Position numbers and translations under genes: made by a program. From the NCBI GenBank assembly GCA_976226885.1, contig OZ320319.1, positions 65,348,001 through 65,412,000 on the forward strand: a stretch of DNA of 64,000 bases, in the 5' to 3' direction. This document shows, piece by piece, positions 11,765 through 24,614 of the stretch (positions are counted from its first letter, which is position 1; each line of letters opens with the position of its first letter). This stretch comes from Iphione sp. A-MEVVRFRX5 (lineage: Eukaryota). The notes under the pieces are model-generated. The model ran no database searches. It was given only the letters and a program-made list of their open reading frames with translations, and was not told the origin of the DNA.

Positions 11765-14581
11765 CACTCTAAAAAATAAGTGTTACATATCAACATGTTA
11801 ATGTGTTAATAATGGAGACAAGTGTTGCAATATTAACACTGTCAGAATCACTGGTGTTAATCATTAGAAATTTTAACACTTACTAGTGTTAATACATAAG
11901 GTGTTAACAATGTTTATGAGTATAACACTGATGCATACTGGGAAAAAACGTTTACAAGTGTGTCTAGTCGCCGTCATGTTGTTTAGACCATGTGGGATCG
12001 TTAAATCACTGAAATTCTGTGAATTAGCTCCCCATATCATCTAGGAATACCATTCAACATTGTGAAAAGGTTTGGCAGTAATTATTTATCATCTCAAGTG
12101 TATGTGGAGGCTGTGGAATGCTCTAAAGTTGCTAAAAAGTCACTGAGTTTGTCGAAAATGCGTCAGGTCGGTGCCAGGTTATTTACGGACATACGCCCAT
12201 CACACTGCCTAAATTCTGTGTGAATTACCATCTCAAGCCATCCAGGAACACTCTAGAATGTGGAAAGAAAGTGTAGTATCATGGTTGAAATGTTGGTGTG
12301 TGTGTAGGAGGGCCGCACTTGACAGGAAACCCTCCAAAATCATCGGAAAATGCCCAACGGCTGCCAAGCTGTTTACATCATGTAGGATTGCCAAAACGCC
12401 GGAAATTGTTATGGACAAGTATCTATGATCATCATGGAGTACCCTACAAAGTTGTGAACAGGTTTGACGGTGGTATTATCTGTTTACAAGTGTGTGAAGG
12501 CTGTGGAATGTACCAGGATTGCCGATTTTGTATGAGAGAACATGATAGGTTATTGTGGGCAGTGTGGAAACTCTGTGTGTCTTTGTGGTAGGATCAGGTG
12601 TGATCCATATTTTGTGAAATGTATCTGACATACAACTGTGATTGATGTTGATGTTGTAACTGTAATATGGGTACTGGATTGCATGTATGATAGGTAGTAG
12701 TTACCTATTATTTGTCACGGTTTGTAGCACTACTGTATCTGTGTGTAACAGAGTGCTACATATATTGCCAGTGTGTGTAGGTAATATTACAGGTGATGAG
12801 GTGTATCATCAGATGCAGTGTCAAGATGTCCAGTGCGGAGGTCAACAGGCATCCAGTGAGCAATGACAAGTTGTCATTGGCTTTATCCAGTGCAGTTCAA
12901 GTCAGCTTACCTTCCATGTAATCCAGGGCAGTGCAAGTCAACTCAAGTCTACAGTGTACTATATGTGTTGTCATGTGTTATGTGGCTGACAATGTGTTAA
13001 CTAATTGAAAATTATTTTTCAGTTCTGTGTGTGTTGACAGTGAGTCAAAAGGTTAAACAGCTGTGTACTGTTGTGGTGTGTAGTAGGTTGGTATAACCTC
13101 AAGTGTCATTATGGGGATGCATCAGCAGGCAATATCTCTAGGTTCAAGGCTGACATCTGTGCGAAGGAGGATGCTGTTCCGTTCTTCCATTGTCCAGGAG
13201 TGATCACCAAGGTGGAGCATAGCCAGTGTAGTTGTTCCCAAGAAGGCTGAGGGAAAGGTATGCATATGTGGAGACTACAAGGTCTCAGTCAACAAGGTGG
13301 TTGAACAAGAGCTGTACTCCTTGCCTACTACAGAGGATTTGTTTTTGAACATTTCTGGTGTAACAATCTTCTGGAAGTTAGATCTGTCAAATGTGTATCA
13401 GCAGCTGCCATTAAACAACAAGTCAAAGGAGCTGCTGACCATCAGCACACACCGTGGGTTGTACCAGTATGAGAAGTTGGCGTTCGGTGTGAGTACAGCA
13501 CCAGCCATCTTTCGAAAAGTGATGGACCAAATCCATTGTGGATTGAGTAGAGTTTCCATAAGAAAGGGGTGGGTACTCTGCTTATACACCCTATAATGGG
13601 TGACCATGCCACTCCCACAGTGCCCACCTAAGCACGTTTCCCTTTTTCCAACCCCATCCCCCTACCAACATTCCAATCTCTGTGCCTCTACCCTCCCCTC
13701 TGCTCCCATCTACAATCATCCTGATAAAAAATTTTCCTCACCCTGTCCTTTTTCCTGTGAAATAAAAAGAATTAATTTTGTGTGCATAGAATCACCGCCT
13801 ACCCACCCCCATTACAATTTTAACAGGGTCTTGAGGTTTGCATTCTGCTTTTTGGGAGGGTGTACTGGCACCCTTTCTCTCTTGCATGGTTGCACCAGAG
13901 TCTATAGTGACAGAAGTTTGAATAGCCTCATAATACACTCTGTATAAATTGTTGTGTGAGGTGTATGCCCAGTTGCCAGCTGTTAGGTTTCAATATTTAT
14001 TGTAAAGTGAGTCACAAGTATCAAGGTGTGTATTCTTTACATTTTGGCCATGTCAGTACTGCTTGGTCCTGATGTAAGATAAGTAAAAATGACTGCTAAT
14101 CATCTTTTTATGACTGGCATTTTCATAACTTTTTATGTAGGTGAATCTACACACCTGCTTTTTTTGTATATCCATTGTTGGCTGTTGAGTATACATTGCT
14201 TGTTGCTATGAGTAGTATACTGTACATCAGTTATCATTTTTAAGACTTTGTTTGTACTTCATAGTAGTGTCTTTATGTTATCATAGGAATGCAATATCCA
14301 TACACTATGTCATTATAGATGTGTGACAGATCACTTTTTGTGTCTATTTTCAATATTTGATAATAAACACCATTCTCATTAACATGTGAATCTGTTTCTC
14401 TGTTTTCACATTAACACTGTTAATGTGTTTAAAAAGTGTTAGAAGCTTATAAACATGTTAATCCATTTATTTCCATTAACACCTTTAGGTGTTAATTTAT
14501 TAACACATTAACATGTATAATAAATGTTAGAAGAGAAGTGTTTAAAAAGATGTTATTTCATTAACACTTGTTTTTACAGTG
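11765..14581. mobile_element. Non-autonomous EnSpm/CACTA (CMC)-like DNA transposon, 2817 bp
   Basis: Left end CACTCTAAAAAATAAGTGTTA; right end (reverse complement) CACTGTAAAAACAAGTGTTA; 2-bp TSD TG (11763-64, 14582-83); many subterminal TTAACAC/GTGTTAA motifs at both ends; no transposase seen. Confidence 0.8.
13143..13548 (+). pseudogene. Gypsy/Ty3 LTR-retrotransposon RT fragment inside the EnSpm-like element
   Basis: FKADICAKEDAVPFF..GVITKVEHSQ..VVPKKAEGKVCICGDYKVSVNKVVEQELYSLPTTEDLF..FWKLDLSNVYQQLPL..LTISTHRGLYQYEKLAFGVSTAPAIFRKVMDQ; internal deletion, frameshift, ends before YxDD. Confidence 0.9.
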
Positions 14582-15764
14582 TGCAGTTGATAGTAGGTCT
14601 ATTAGCTGAACACTCCCTACATGAAATGGCCTGATGACATTAAGATAACAATCTCATTCTAATTCTTCACACAGGAGAGCTGTGTGCCAAGATGATAAAG
14701 CCAAAAAATAGGTGTGTTTCCAGTTACGACCAGCCCAAAACCTAGATGGGGAGGGGAGAATTTTTTTAAAATCATTGTTTTGCTTCTTTCCTCCAGGACA
14801 TCCAGGACTGTCTCCTTAAATGTATAGACAGTGTAGTGTATACAGTGTAGCATGTTTTTATGTGCATGCTACTGTGTTTTTTGATAAGAAGGTTTCTAAT
14901 TTTTCATAGCCATGCACATATATTTTGCACAGCAGTATAGAAGAAAGATAAATTGAAATGGTCTTGTTAGGTATATTTCATGCAAAAAACAAGAAATTTC
15001 CTTACATTTCCTCATTTCTCTCCACATCTGTTCAGCAGATTTGCTATTGTCTGCTAAATGTACATAGATTCACTGTTATTCAGTGAACATTTCATGAGTT
15101 TTGCCACACTGAAATTGTATGAAGTTTGATTTTATCTGACCCAGTTTACATGAAATTCACCATTTTCTTCGATTTTTTAACTTCATTTGCATGAGTTTCC
15201 TTTTTTGGGCCAAATTAACATTTATGTTGTTGTTTTCCTGTCAAATTTAGCCAAAATACAAGCATTAAAATACTGTCCAGAAGATGTACTTGGCTGTGAA
15301 AACATGTGAAAGAAAATATGGATATGAGAACATGTGGACTCTGAATTCTGGACATCCCCCAATTTGCCTCAGATCATCCACATTGTAAATATGTACATCC
15401 AGTTCACAGATCTGTCAGTACAGTCAAAACTCTATTTCTGACCACATTGATTTCTGACTAAATTCAATTTCTGACCATTTTTGTTAGGATCAGAAGTGTT
15501 GATTGCTATACAGTGGAACCTCTATTTTCAACTGAAATTTCCAATCCAACCATTTCAGCTTGCTCCAGAGTGGTGGTTGTAAAAAGAGGTTCAACTGTAT
15601 AATATGAAAGGGGGAGGGGGTTTTATACCTGGAAATGATTTCCCCTTCTCCCTTTTTCTCCTTACCAAGTAAATACATGTGTAAAAAGTGCTGAATTTGA
15701 TGAGTAAGAGTCCTGAAGTGCCACAAAAAGTGCATAGACATCGGAGAGGTCATACTAACAGCTC

Positions 15765-15935
15765 CCGTCATACCTTAGACAATAAATAACCCTTCAAACA
15801 TTCTGTTTAAGGAGGAATGGTCATCCTTACACTTACCATGCCCTACACAATGAATAACCCTTCAGATGTTCTGCTAGGCAGCAGTGGTCATGGTAACACC
15901 TATACCCACACCCTACACAATAAATAACCCTTCAA
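15765..15935. repeat. Degenerate tandem repeat, about 68-70 bp period, about 2.5 units
   Basis: CAATRAATAACCCTTCA core at 15780, 15848 and 15918. Confidence 0.85.
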
Positions 15936-16213
15936 TACCTTGTTCATTGGGGGACGATCAACAAACATTGGTGTCCTCTTTAGAGACATTGTATTATAAT
16001 AGTTATGTATGGGAACTGAGTCAGTTCTTTACCTAATGGGCCACATTTTGGATACATCCAGTTTGTAGACATGTCTGTACTTTGAAAACATGCATTTATC
16101 GATGTCACTCACACCTGGGATAATGATTGAAACAGTGGTCGGGAGAAGCCGGGGGTGTCAACCGCGACCTCTCTGATATACCTCACACCCTGGAGGGGCT
16201 GGTCGAGAGAGAC

Positions 16214-16333
16214 TGAGATTCATTGAAAGAGGCAATTTGCCTGAGTTTTGCCGATTTTCGGGTAAATTGCGCTGAGTTTTGCCGATTTTCGGACGAATTT
16301 GGCTGACTTTTGCCGATTTTTGGAATTTGCCTG
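16214..16333. repeat. Minisatellite, about 31-bp unit, about 3.5 copies
   Basis: AATTTGCCTGAGTTTTGCCGATTTTCGG-like units in tandem. Confidence 0.9.
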
Positions 16334-19300
16334 ACCAGAGGGAGAAGGGGATAATGCTTTTAACCTTGACCACCTACTAAATCAAATTCCGAACAAACTT
16401 TCTATTCCGACTATCTGAGCTCGGACCCGAGCACTGGTCGGAAAGAGAGACTCGACTGTAGTTCTCTGGGGTCTGTTTCTTATGCTTTCAAACCATACAC
16501 ATTTGGGTCTTGCATACCGGACAATCTGGAAATGGAAAAGCCAGCCTCTTCTACTACCCACCCCAGGGATTAGCGACGAACAGAATAATTAGGGACGAAA
16601 GAAAGACCCTCATCATCGTATCGGTATCAGTTGAGCCAACCACTTTGCCACACCTTGAGCAAAGGTGAGTAGATGTAAAGACTGACCGTCTGACAGGTAT
16701 GACACATGGAAAAGGGACGTAAATATCCAAGCAAACCTATATACATGTACGCTGATAATGTCAGACATTAGCTGGAGAGATGATCTTGGAGTTGTCTTCG
16801 TTAACATCCTCATGGTAATCATAGGAAAGATGGGCTCCCAAACTAGGATATACAAGAGGGCATGAAAATGTGTAAACCTCCGTGGGGGATCTTAGCAATA
16901 AAGGAGTCATTGATGGAACTACTATACATTGTTTAAAAACTACACAAGCATTGGATTCGTCCTAGTATGCCAGGATTGTTAGCTTAATATCAAGAAAGTA
17001 ATTATAAAAATAGAGTGTCGGCTGATGTTTTACTAATCAGTTTACACCGGTCTGAATGGATCTAGAAACTTGCCGGATGATAACTCGTAAAGACTGATCC
17101 AGTAGAAACTGATACCGCTAGAAATAGATACGAGAAGATTGACCTGGTGTTACCTTACTTGCTTAATATCCTGGCCTTCCAAGATTGCAAAGATGAGAGT
17201 GGTGATGTAAGGCAAAAATAGACTATAGTTTTTCGTGAATTATCACTCGAAACTGCATAACAGTAAATCGAATTTATCTCTACAAATACATGTACAGCAT
17301 AGTTAAGAATAATACTCTAATGGTTATCTCCCTATCACCATCCTTTACTAGTGGCCCTACGTCTTTCTGTAGGGCACTACTTTGCTGTTCATAGATCTAA
17401 TCCATCTTAAATAGAACTTTTCATATGGGAATTCCACGGTTTATGTTCATAGGATTACAGGAAGAGTTGAATCAACAAAACCTGAAGTCCATTACCACGT
17501 CTCTACATGAACCTCCTTTCAATGTGCCTATTTCGACTGCCCCCATCCACCGTTTTTTCCCTGGCTGTGCTTTCTTTTAAATGTTAAGTTCGGCGTTGTG
17601 GGTGGGAACATGTGATGGCACTCGGGGTACTGCATCCATTCTAGTCGCCAGGCCATGCACGAGTCCACCTGGGAGGTCAGCACACCCGTCATTGTGATCA
17701 CGCTGGGGGGGGGGGAGGTATGGGGTGCTAGGCACACTCATCGCCCGACGGCCACGTTGTCGGCCCAGCGGGTCCTTAATGGAGTCGGTCACTAGGATGC
17801 CATCCGCCAGCTCGGCCTGGCCGCCCTTATCACATTAGGTCGGGACTGTGGAGGCGACGGGGGGGGGGGGGGGCGTTAGTGCCAGGGCCTCTGCCTGATC
17901 CCTACTTCCTCTGGCAGTTCCTTTTTGAGGGAATCATAACCGAGTGCCATTGGATTATAGCGACGGGCAGGAGTGTGGAGGTGACGCTATACGGGTGAGG
18001 AGCAGTGACGGTAGGGGGTGGAGGGGTGGAGGCAGATCTCAGTAGGAGCAAAAAAGGAGTGAACCCGGATGATACAAGAACAATGCTGACATGGGGTCCG
18101 AACTGAAAATCAAAAAGGTGAAGGTGTAACCTTTACGGACGGGCATAGAATCAATGTTCTGTCAATACTGACCGCAGGTTCCCCGCAGGGGCAAAGCTAT
18201 AACCTTTAATAATGAACATCCCATCAAAACCAGCCATAGGGAACGGGGTGGATGCAAAATACTTAACCTTTGGGAAAGGGCTATACGACGAAGACCATGT
18301 CTGCACATTGTCTGCAACTGGGCAACGCTTGAACATCTATTATGGATAGGGCACGTCCAGAATGGCCGACAAATTATCGAAAGCGTCCGGTTTGCTTGTG
18401 AAAATACTTATTTTTTTATTGATATTTTACTTTTCAACAGCGAAAGTTAAATAATGGTACAGAATTTTATAGAAAGGTACAATACATTGGTAAATTTAAC
18501 AGGTAGATATATAAACACCCTGCTCATGGCGTTAATGGCTTCAGAGATACAAAAAAATATAACTGAGAAAGGGAAACTGGAAAATCTCGCTATTACCACA
18601 CGTGAAGAGGGAGAGTTGCGGGACATAAAAGCTCACCAGATAAGTGTAGAGGTGAAGCTGACCTTCACTTTCACCACACAGGTAGTGAATATGAGACCAT
18701 CAGTAAAAATGTGTACACCACTTAACGCCCCACAAAAAAGCCATGAATTACAGTATAGGGCGCTTGGCAAGCCACAAGTCAGAGACGGCCTGAAAGGTGT
18801 CTAAATCTTGACATATCGTGAACGGTCTAAATATTTTAACCAACATTATATAGGCAGACGAGAGATGGATCTATTTTCAGACACACTTAGCGGTGTTCTT
18901 AAATGATTTCAGAGAATGCAATTAACAAAGGGCAATAGAGTATAGAGGTAGATGTACCAGGTCATAGCAAGCCATGATCAGTTAGGGAATAGCCTGGTTT
19001 GGGCTGAAAATATGTAAAAGGGAAATCTTTCCTTTAATACAAATAATCTAAAGGAAAAACATAAAATAAGCAAGAAAACCGGTAAATCGAGTATATGTGG
19101 TGCAGGCGACAAATATGCCCCTAAACGGAATAAGTTGAGATCTACTGTATTCAAACAATCAAGCACATGTATACCTTCGTCACTGAGGATCATCGGTGTG
19201 GCTGTGGGGGGGGGGACTGCTGACGTGTTCAACTTTTTCACCTTTATATTAAACGTCTCTTATCAAGCCGCGGCTTCCTGACAGTTACCGGTAATAGTAT

Positions 19301-20799
19301 CATGTGGTTCTCATAAGATTTCTCCAGTTACACTTCCTCGTTTTCTTGCATTTCGAGGAGGGAGATCGAAATTTTTCGAAGAGACCGCCGTCAAAAGGTT
19401 TGACGTTTTTCCCTGCACAAGCCTAAAATACGCATTAAGCTGGGGGCCGAGGCGTCGTCGTGCAGATCAGTCTCGCCGCCGCAAAGGGCAAGGGAAGCGA
19501 GTGCTTTTACCAGGTGCCCTCTCATTGTTGTGGTGGTTTCCGCCTGCTGACAGATAAGGTAGGCAGGCTCACTTCAATCTCAGCCAATGCACGTCGAGGA
19601 CCCTGGTAAAGGACGCCTTTAATGCGTCTACCACGGGAGGAGCTCACGTGACACACGTGCAACTCCAGGGTCTCAGTTCTTTTAGTAAAAGTGCCAGGTG
19701 GTTGCCTCATCTATAACTCACACAAATAGCAGTTCCCATGAGAGATTTCTTCCGGGGGGGCTATATAGTGGCCCATAGCTTAGTCCTATACATGCACACA
19801 GATTAGAAAGGGGTGGTACGATACGTATATACCCACGACAATCTAAAAGAATTAAGGGACTAAAATCGCGGTAACTTGCATATTCGATTTATGTGTACCT
19901 GTTGCTTTCTGCGTATGAGCGTTGCAATTGAGATTACAGATCCATATTATTAATTACTCGTTGCTTCCCATTCTTCCAAAGTAACTGTTGTGTATGTGTA
20001 CACTTATATAGTTCATAACACAATGATTTTGACTTTCATTCTTCCTTAAGCTTTATCTTAACATCTCTTGTTGTAAGTTGCTCTCGTAAGCTCAAAATTA
20101 TTTGCCTCTGTATGTATCTGTATCTGCCTGTCTGTATGTGTCTCGTCTCATCTCTCAGTAATGTCTGTCATAAAAGGTTCTCCATCATTCGTCCCCACGG
20201 GCTTAATACTTTTTCACTGTCATACATCCCGTTATTGCCTTCGTGGTTCTGGTTCAATTTCATTTCCACCCTTTCCCCTCACTCTGGGCTGCGTGAAATC
20301 CCAGCCCGCCTTCCGATGACCTTGCCATTATAACTTCCTCTCCAGGCGCCTATTCTACATCAGAATCTAATTCACCTGGGGTCAGCTAGGTGGCGCTAGG
20401 GGGACCACTCTCCCCGTGGTCAAACACATCTGATGTCAAGGAGAAAACGGCAGCAAGTCGCCAGCAATCGGATCAGCATGAGAAGGATGTTAGCTCGCCG
20501 TTTGTGCGGGGCGGGGGCAACATACTAAACACAGACGGGCCGTCATCAACTGGGAAAAGACGGGGAGGCGGAGGTGGGGAGGGGGCGGTGAGGTGGGTTG
20601 TTCCACGTCACTAAGGTAGCTACGTGCGGTTCTTGAAGGCAGTCCCTGCTGGGGCTTGGGGTTGGGGGAGGAGGTGGAGTGAGGCGTTTAGTAGGCGAGA
20701 CTTGGGCGACGACAGACGCATAAACGCGGGATAGGTGAATCCTGGCAGCCACTTTTGATGCGCCCAATGTTAGCTGCCAAACTGTCAGTTTGGCTCGAC

Positions 20800-21000
20800 A
20801 TGGCGTCGTTTGAAATTGACCGCATCGCAAGACAGCAGGAAGGAATGGTGAACAACAACGGAATATTTAAATATGCTCTCTCATTTCTGTCAACACTCAT
20901 AAAATTGCAATCGTTCCGTTTGGCAGACACCACAGCGATAGCATATCATGGCGAAGAATAGGAACCAAAGAACATCCGCTCTTTGTACCTCGATTCAAGG
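20800..21000 (+). pseudogene. Possible DIRS-type RNase H remnant
   Basis: GIFKYALSFLSTLIKLQSFRLADTTAIAYHGEE/GTK resembles the DIRS RH signature AL..F......DNTTAVAYIN..GGT. Confidence 0.3.
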
Positions 21001-23315
21001 GACTTGACAGCGTTCTTATAAACGCATGCGCAACTTCAGGAATTCAGGAATTCAAGACGTTTATTCACGCATCTTTCATACAAACGTAGAAAGTTATCCC
21101 AGTGCGAAAATTTAAAAAAATATAGTGTGGAAAAAGTTAAAAAAAGGTGTGGAACAAGTTGAGAATTTAACAAAATCATAATACGAGGAAGAATATCATT
21201 ACGCAAAAAAACACGTTTAGTAAATATAAAGAATCGATCCGAGTATAAGATACATGTATACAAAACTCACATATATACTGATTTGAGGACACCATAAGAG
21301 ACTTGGTATTACTGAAGCGTCCAAAACATTACAATATGATATCGACACACTGTCGTATTTCAACCGTTATACAGGCGGGCAGGTTACACACTGCGGATGT
21401 TGTTTCCCATATTTCCGTGGTCTTCCCTGAATGGATGACACATATCCCGCCCGTAAACCTGAGGCTGCTCATTTTTTCAGGATTGCAGTATCCTTGGGCT
21501 TGCTCCAGCAAGGCCGACACAAGACATATTGACGGAGGTCAGATCGGAGAAATTAATCTCACTATCGATCATAAATTTGTTAAGAGCAGTACCAGATACT
21601 TCCACAATCCCAAATCAGTTGTAACCTTGTCGCACCGTTGTCATACAAAAGGAAATGATTACATTATGTTTGAAACAATCGTTAGGTTCAGTTATAAAAA
21701 ATAATATTTCGAACTCTGACAGTCGACGTTCTAACCAATATATCTCAACGAAGGAACTCGGACAACACTAGTTCATGCTGACACATACGTTTTACTCGTC
21801 CATTAAATAAAGTGTTTTATCATTTCCCTGTTCTCCCACGGGTGGTTCCTCCCCAGAGACGCCCTCCAGTTTCCAAAGATATATTCGTTGCTCTTACAAC
21901 AAATCTTGAACTGCAATCATGGCCTACCATCAATAAAAGCCCTGTAGAAACTTGTCTGAATCAATCAGAGAGGACAAAATAGCCTCATGGTGGATGGGGA
22001 CTTATTCCCACCTGCCCCATAGCCAGCTCTGGTTATACTTCTTCACACAGGGCACGGTACCTATGCACCACGGTGCTTCCAAGGGCTGCCGGAGCAACGT
22101 TTTAGATACCCTATATTCGACATGCAGCCCCTGGATGTTGTCGACGCGGCATACACAACTGTGAGCCGAATTAGTTATCGGTGCCAATCGCCATGACGAA
22201 TGCAGGCGCCAAATCATATCCGTCGCTTCAGATGGAACCCTGTCCGAGGCAGGGCCTCTCAACACCGCCCAGGGACGGGCAGGAACGAGCTTTGACCAAC
22301 CAGTCGGGGCATATCGGATGAAAATAAAAAAACACGCTCTCCAGCAGCTGGGTCGCAGGATTTGGTGGATATATACGGAGAGGCGTACTGCGCAATAGGT
22401 GCGAGTCAGTGACAGGTCTGTTGGAGGGGTCTCCCATAAAGTAGCTCGTTAGGTGGTTCTACCAGACGGAATGGCGTGAGAACGGACGGAACGGAGCGAA
22501 GAAATGCTCGGTGAATTGGCTGTGGTGAATTAATGTTTTCAGGCGGATCGCAATGCCGCCCTTTTCTTGTTCACTACTGAAAGTACAGGTACACTTGATT
22601 TAGTTGATATCCATTCTTAACAGAGAGAGCCATTCAGTGATCAGTATTACTCACGGATAGCCCATGGCAATTATATACCTAATTCATGTTCAGTACGCCA
22701 AGCTCGGCAGTCCAGATCTTTTACATGAAACACTATATTAAAAACAAACACATACGACTTTTATGAAGGCTGGGGCATTTATTTACAGAATCACAACGGT
22801 TGACGATTTGAAAGACACTGGGGAAAAATTCTTTGCCAATTTGGAATTGTATCCTATAAGAAGAATATATCTTTATAGACATTACTAGAGACAGCTGTAA
22901 AAGGTGATACATTTTATTTGTGTACAATGGAAAGCCTCTCATCAGGACATCTGTGGTTCTTTCCCAAACTGTCCTTGATTGAGACGTATCCTTATTAGAG
23001 ATATAAAGAGGATATTCAGTTGTTCCTGTATTCGAATCTGTCTGCGGTAATATTTTTGGTTTCTACATTTTCAGATTTAAACTCCCTTTGCATGAAAGAA
23101 ATCAAACATAGAATTATAGAAAATGGGTTGTGTAACAGTCTAGGGGTGAGCAGAGCAGGAGGCCACTAACCTCATGGAGTAGCTAGAGCACACATACAAT
23201 ACTATTGCACAGACGAGTCTCATTGTTCTGTGGCAAATACAAGGATAGAGTAATGAATGGAATGGTTGGATGTGTAGCTGGTGATGTTATTAGGTGACAT
23301 CTATTACATAACAAT

Positions 23316-23564
23316 TCATTGTATCAACATAAGTATTGTTGTATATATTTTCCCGTTAGCTGGTATCCTCTTGTGCCTTCTTCTGTGTAAAGACGTTGGG
23401 GTCATGCCGTTGAGGTGGAATAAAGCCAGCACACACGCAGAGAATATGATACTAGCAATTACCAAGCCCATTGCCACAGCAATGTTGGCACGGTCGCCGC
23501 CCGCTGCCACCGCTGCCGTACTGTTCCTGCTGCTTTCCCCATCGTTACCACTACCGTAGTCCAT
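23316..23564 (-). CDS. Candidate 82-aa single-pass (type III) membrane microprotein
   Basis: ATG with an in-frame stop three codons upstream; N-S-T sequon, hydrophobic IAVAMGLVIASIIFSACVLALF, then basic HRRRHKR cluster. No homolog recognised. Confidence 0.4.
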   Translation of the reverse strand: MDYGSGNDGESSRNSTAAVAAGGDRANIAVAMGLVIASIIFSACVLALFHLNGMTPTSLHRRRHKRIPANGKIYTTILMLIQ

Positions 23565-24139
23565 GAGCAGTTAGGAAGCGGGCTGCAGGGTGGAGACGCC
23601 GATGTCAGAGACAGCTGTAATAGAGCGGCTTTGGTGGGAGAAAATGCCGCTGAAAGGAGGAGGATGTGGAAGAAGAAGGCGACGTAAACAGCAAATATAA
23701 AAGAGGTGTCGGCAGAGAGAAGAACGTTGACCGACTCCTTCCCAGACTTCCACCAATGAGGGGTGACTGGTCTTTATGAATGATGATGACTGGTTAATCT
23801 ATTGACTGATCACATAAAATACTGAATATTTTTTCGTCGTATTTTTCAAATAAATATCGTCAGCAAGTGCCATCTACATTCACTATTGAAATTCGAGTAG
23901 GCAGCCTAAACTAACTTGCCTTTTGGCGATAAAATGACATGCTTTCTGACAGATATGAATGGGATATATTACATGTACGTGTATCATCTTCTTTTCAAAG
24001 CAGACAAAGATCAAAGAATCCATTGTAAGAAAGGAACTTAACATAATTTATCTGGACCTATCAAAATAGGAAAGCAGAGACAAATTCAGTGATGATTATG
24101 GAAGAGCACCTTCTCTACTTTTTGACCTGTTTTATAAAA

Positions 24140-24159
24140 CTCTCCCTCTCTCTCTCTCT

Positions 24160-24200
<41 letters not shown>
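24140..24200. repeat. (CT)n microsatellite
   Basis: CT run with CCCT interruptions. Confidence 0.98.
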
Positions 24201-24205
<5 letters not shown>

Positions 24206-24304
24206 ATAACTGAGCTGTCCCAACAGGAAGTATCATCAACAAAAAAGGGCTGGTTCCCCCATTTGCAACCATATGTTGCATTTGCGTTGCCTTTGCGCTG
24301 ATTA

Positions 24305-24614
24305 AAACAAAAACAAAAAATATCAGTGTTTCCGGTAACCCGACTGACCCTGTTTTTTGTCCTACTAGAACATTTTATTGTGTTTTGTTTTTGTTGATAT
24401 CTTTGGCATGAATAATGAGTCATATGCTCCTCACATCATTAGCTTTCATTTGATATAAGTTTCATTAAGATCTGAGCAGTAGAGCTTACATTACCATATG
24501 TAACTTTAAGTAATAACTAATATTGAAAAAAAATGAAAAAATAAAAAAACCACCGACCTACTGACCCTCGATTATCTAAGCATGTTACCAGAAACACAGA
24601 ACTTTTTTGAGGCT
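24305..24614. mobile_element. PIF/Harbinger-type MITE (310 bp), same family as 39788-40097
   Basis: TTA flanks (24302-04, 24615-17); subterminal GTAACCCGACTGACCC / GTTACCAGAAACACAGAACTTTTT; internal CTTTCATTTGATATAAGTTTCATTAAGATCT matches the 39788 copy. Confidence 0.7.

Noticed and set aside
15765-16333. Short tandem arrays as CRISPR-like repeat-spacer arrays
   Set aside because: The units are degenerate whole-unit repeats without unique spacers, there are no cas-like genes, and the context is eukaryotic.
22002-22437. Gypsy integrase remnant (LLRQPLEAPW)
   Set aside because: Too degenerate; no DDE residues in a consistent frame.
2121-24200. (GA)n and (CT)n tracts as inverted ends of a large element
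   Set aside because: The shared GGGAGGGA interruption is trivial and the flanks are unrelated.
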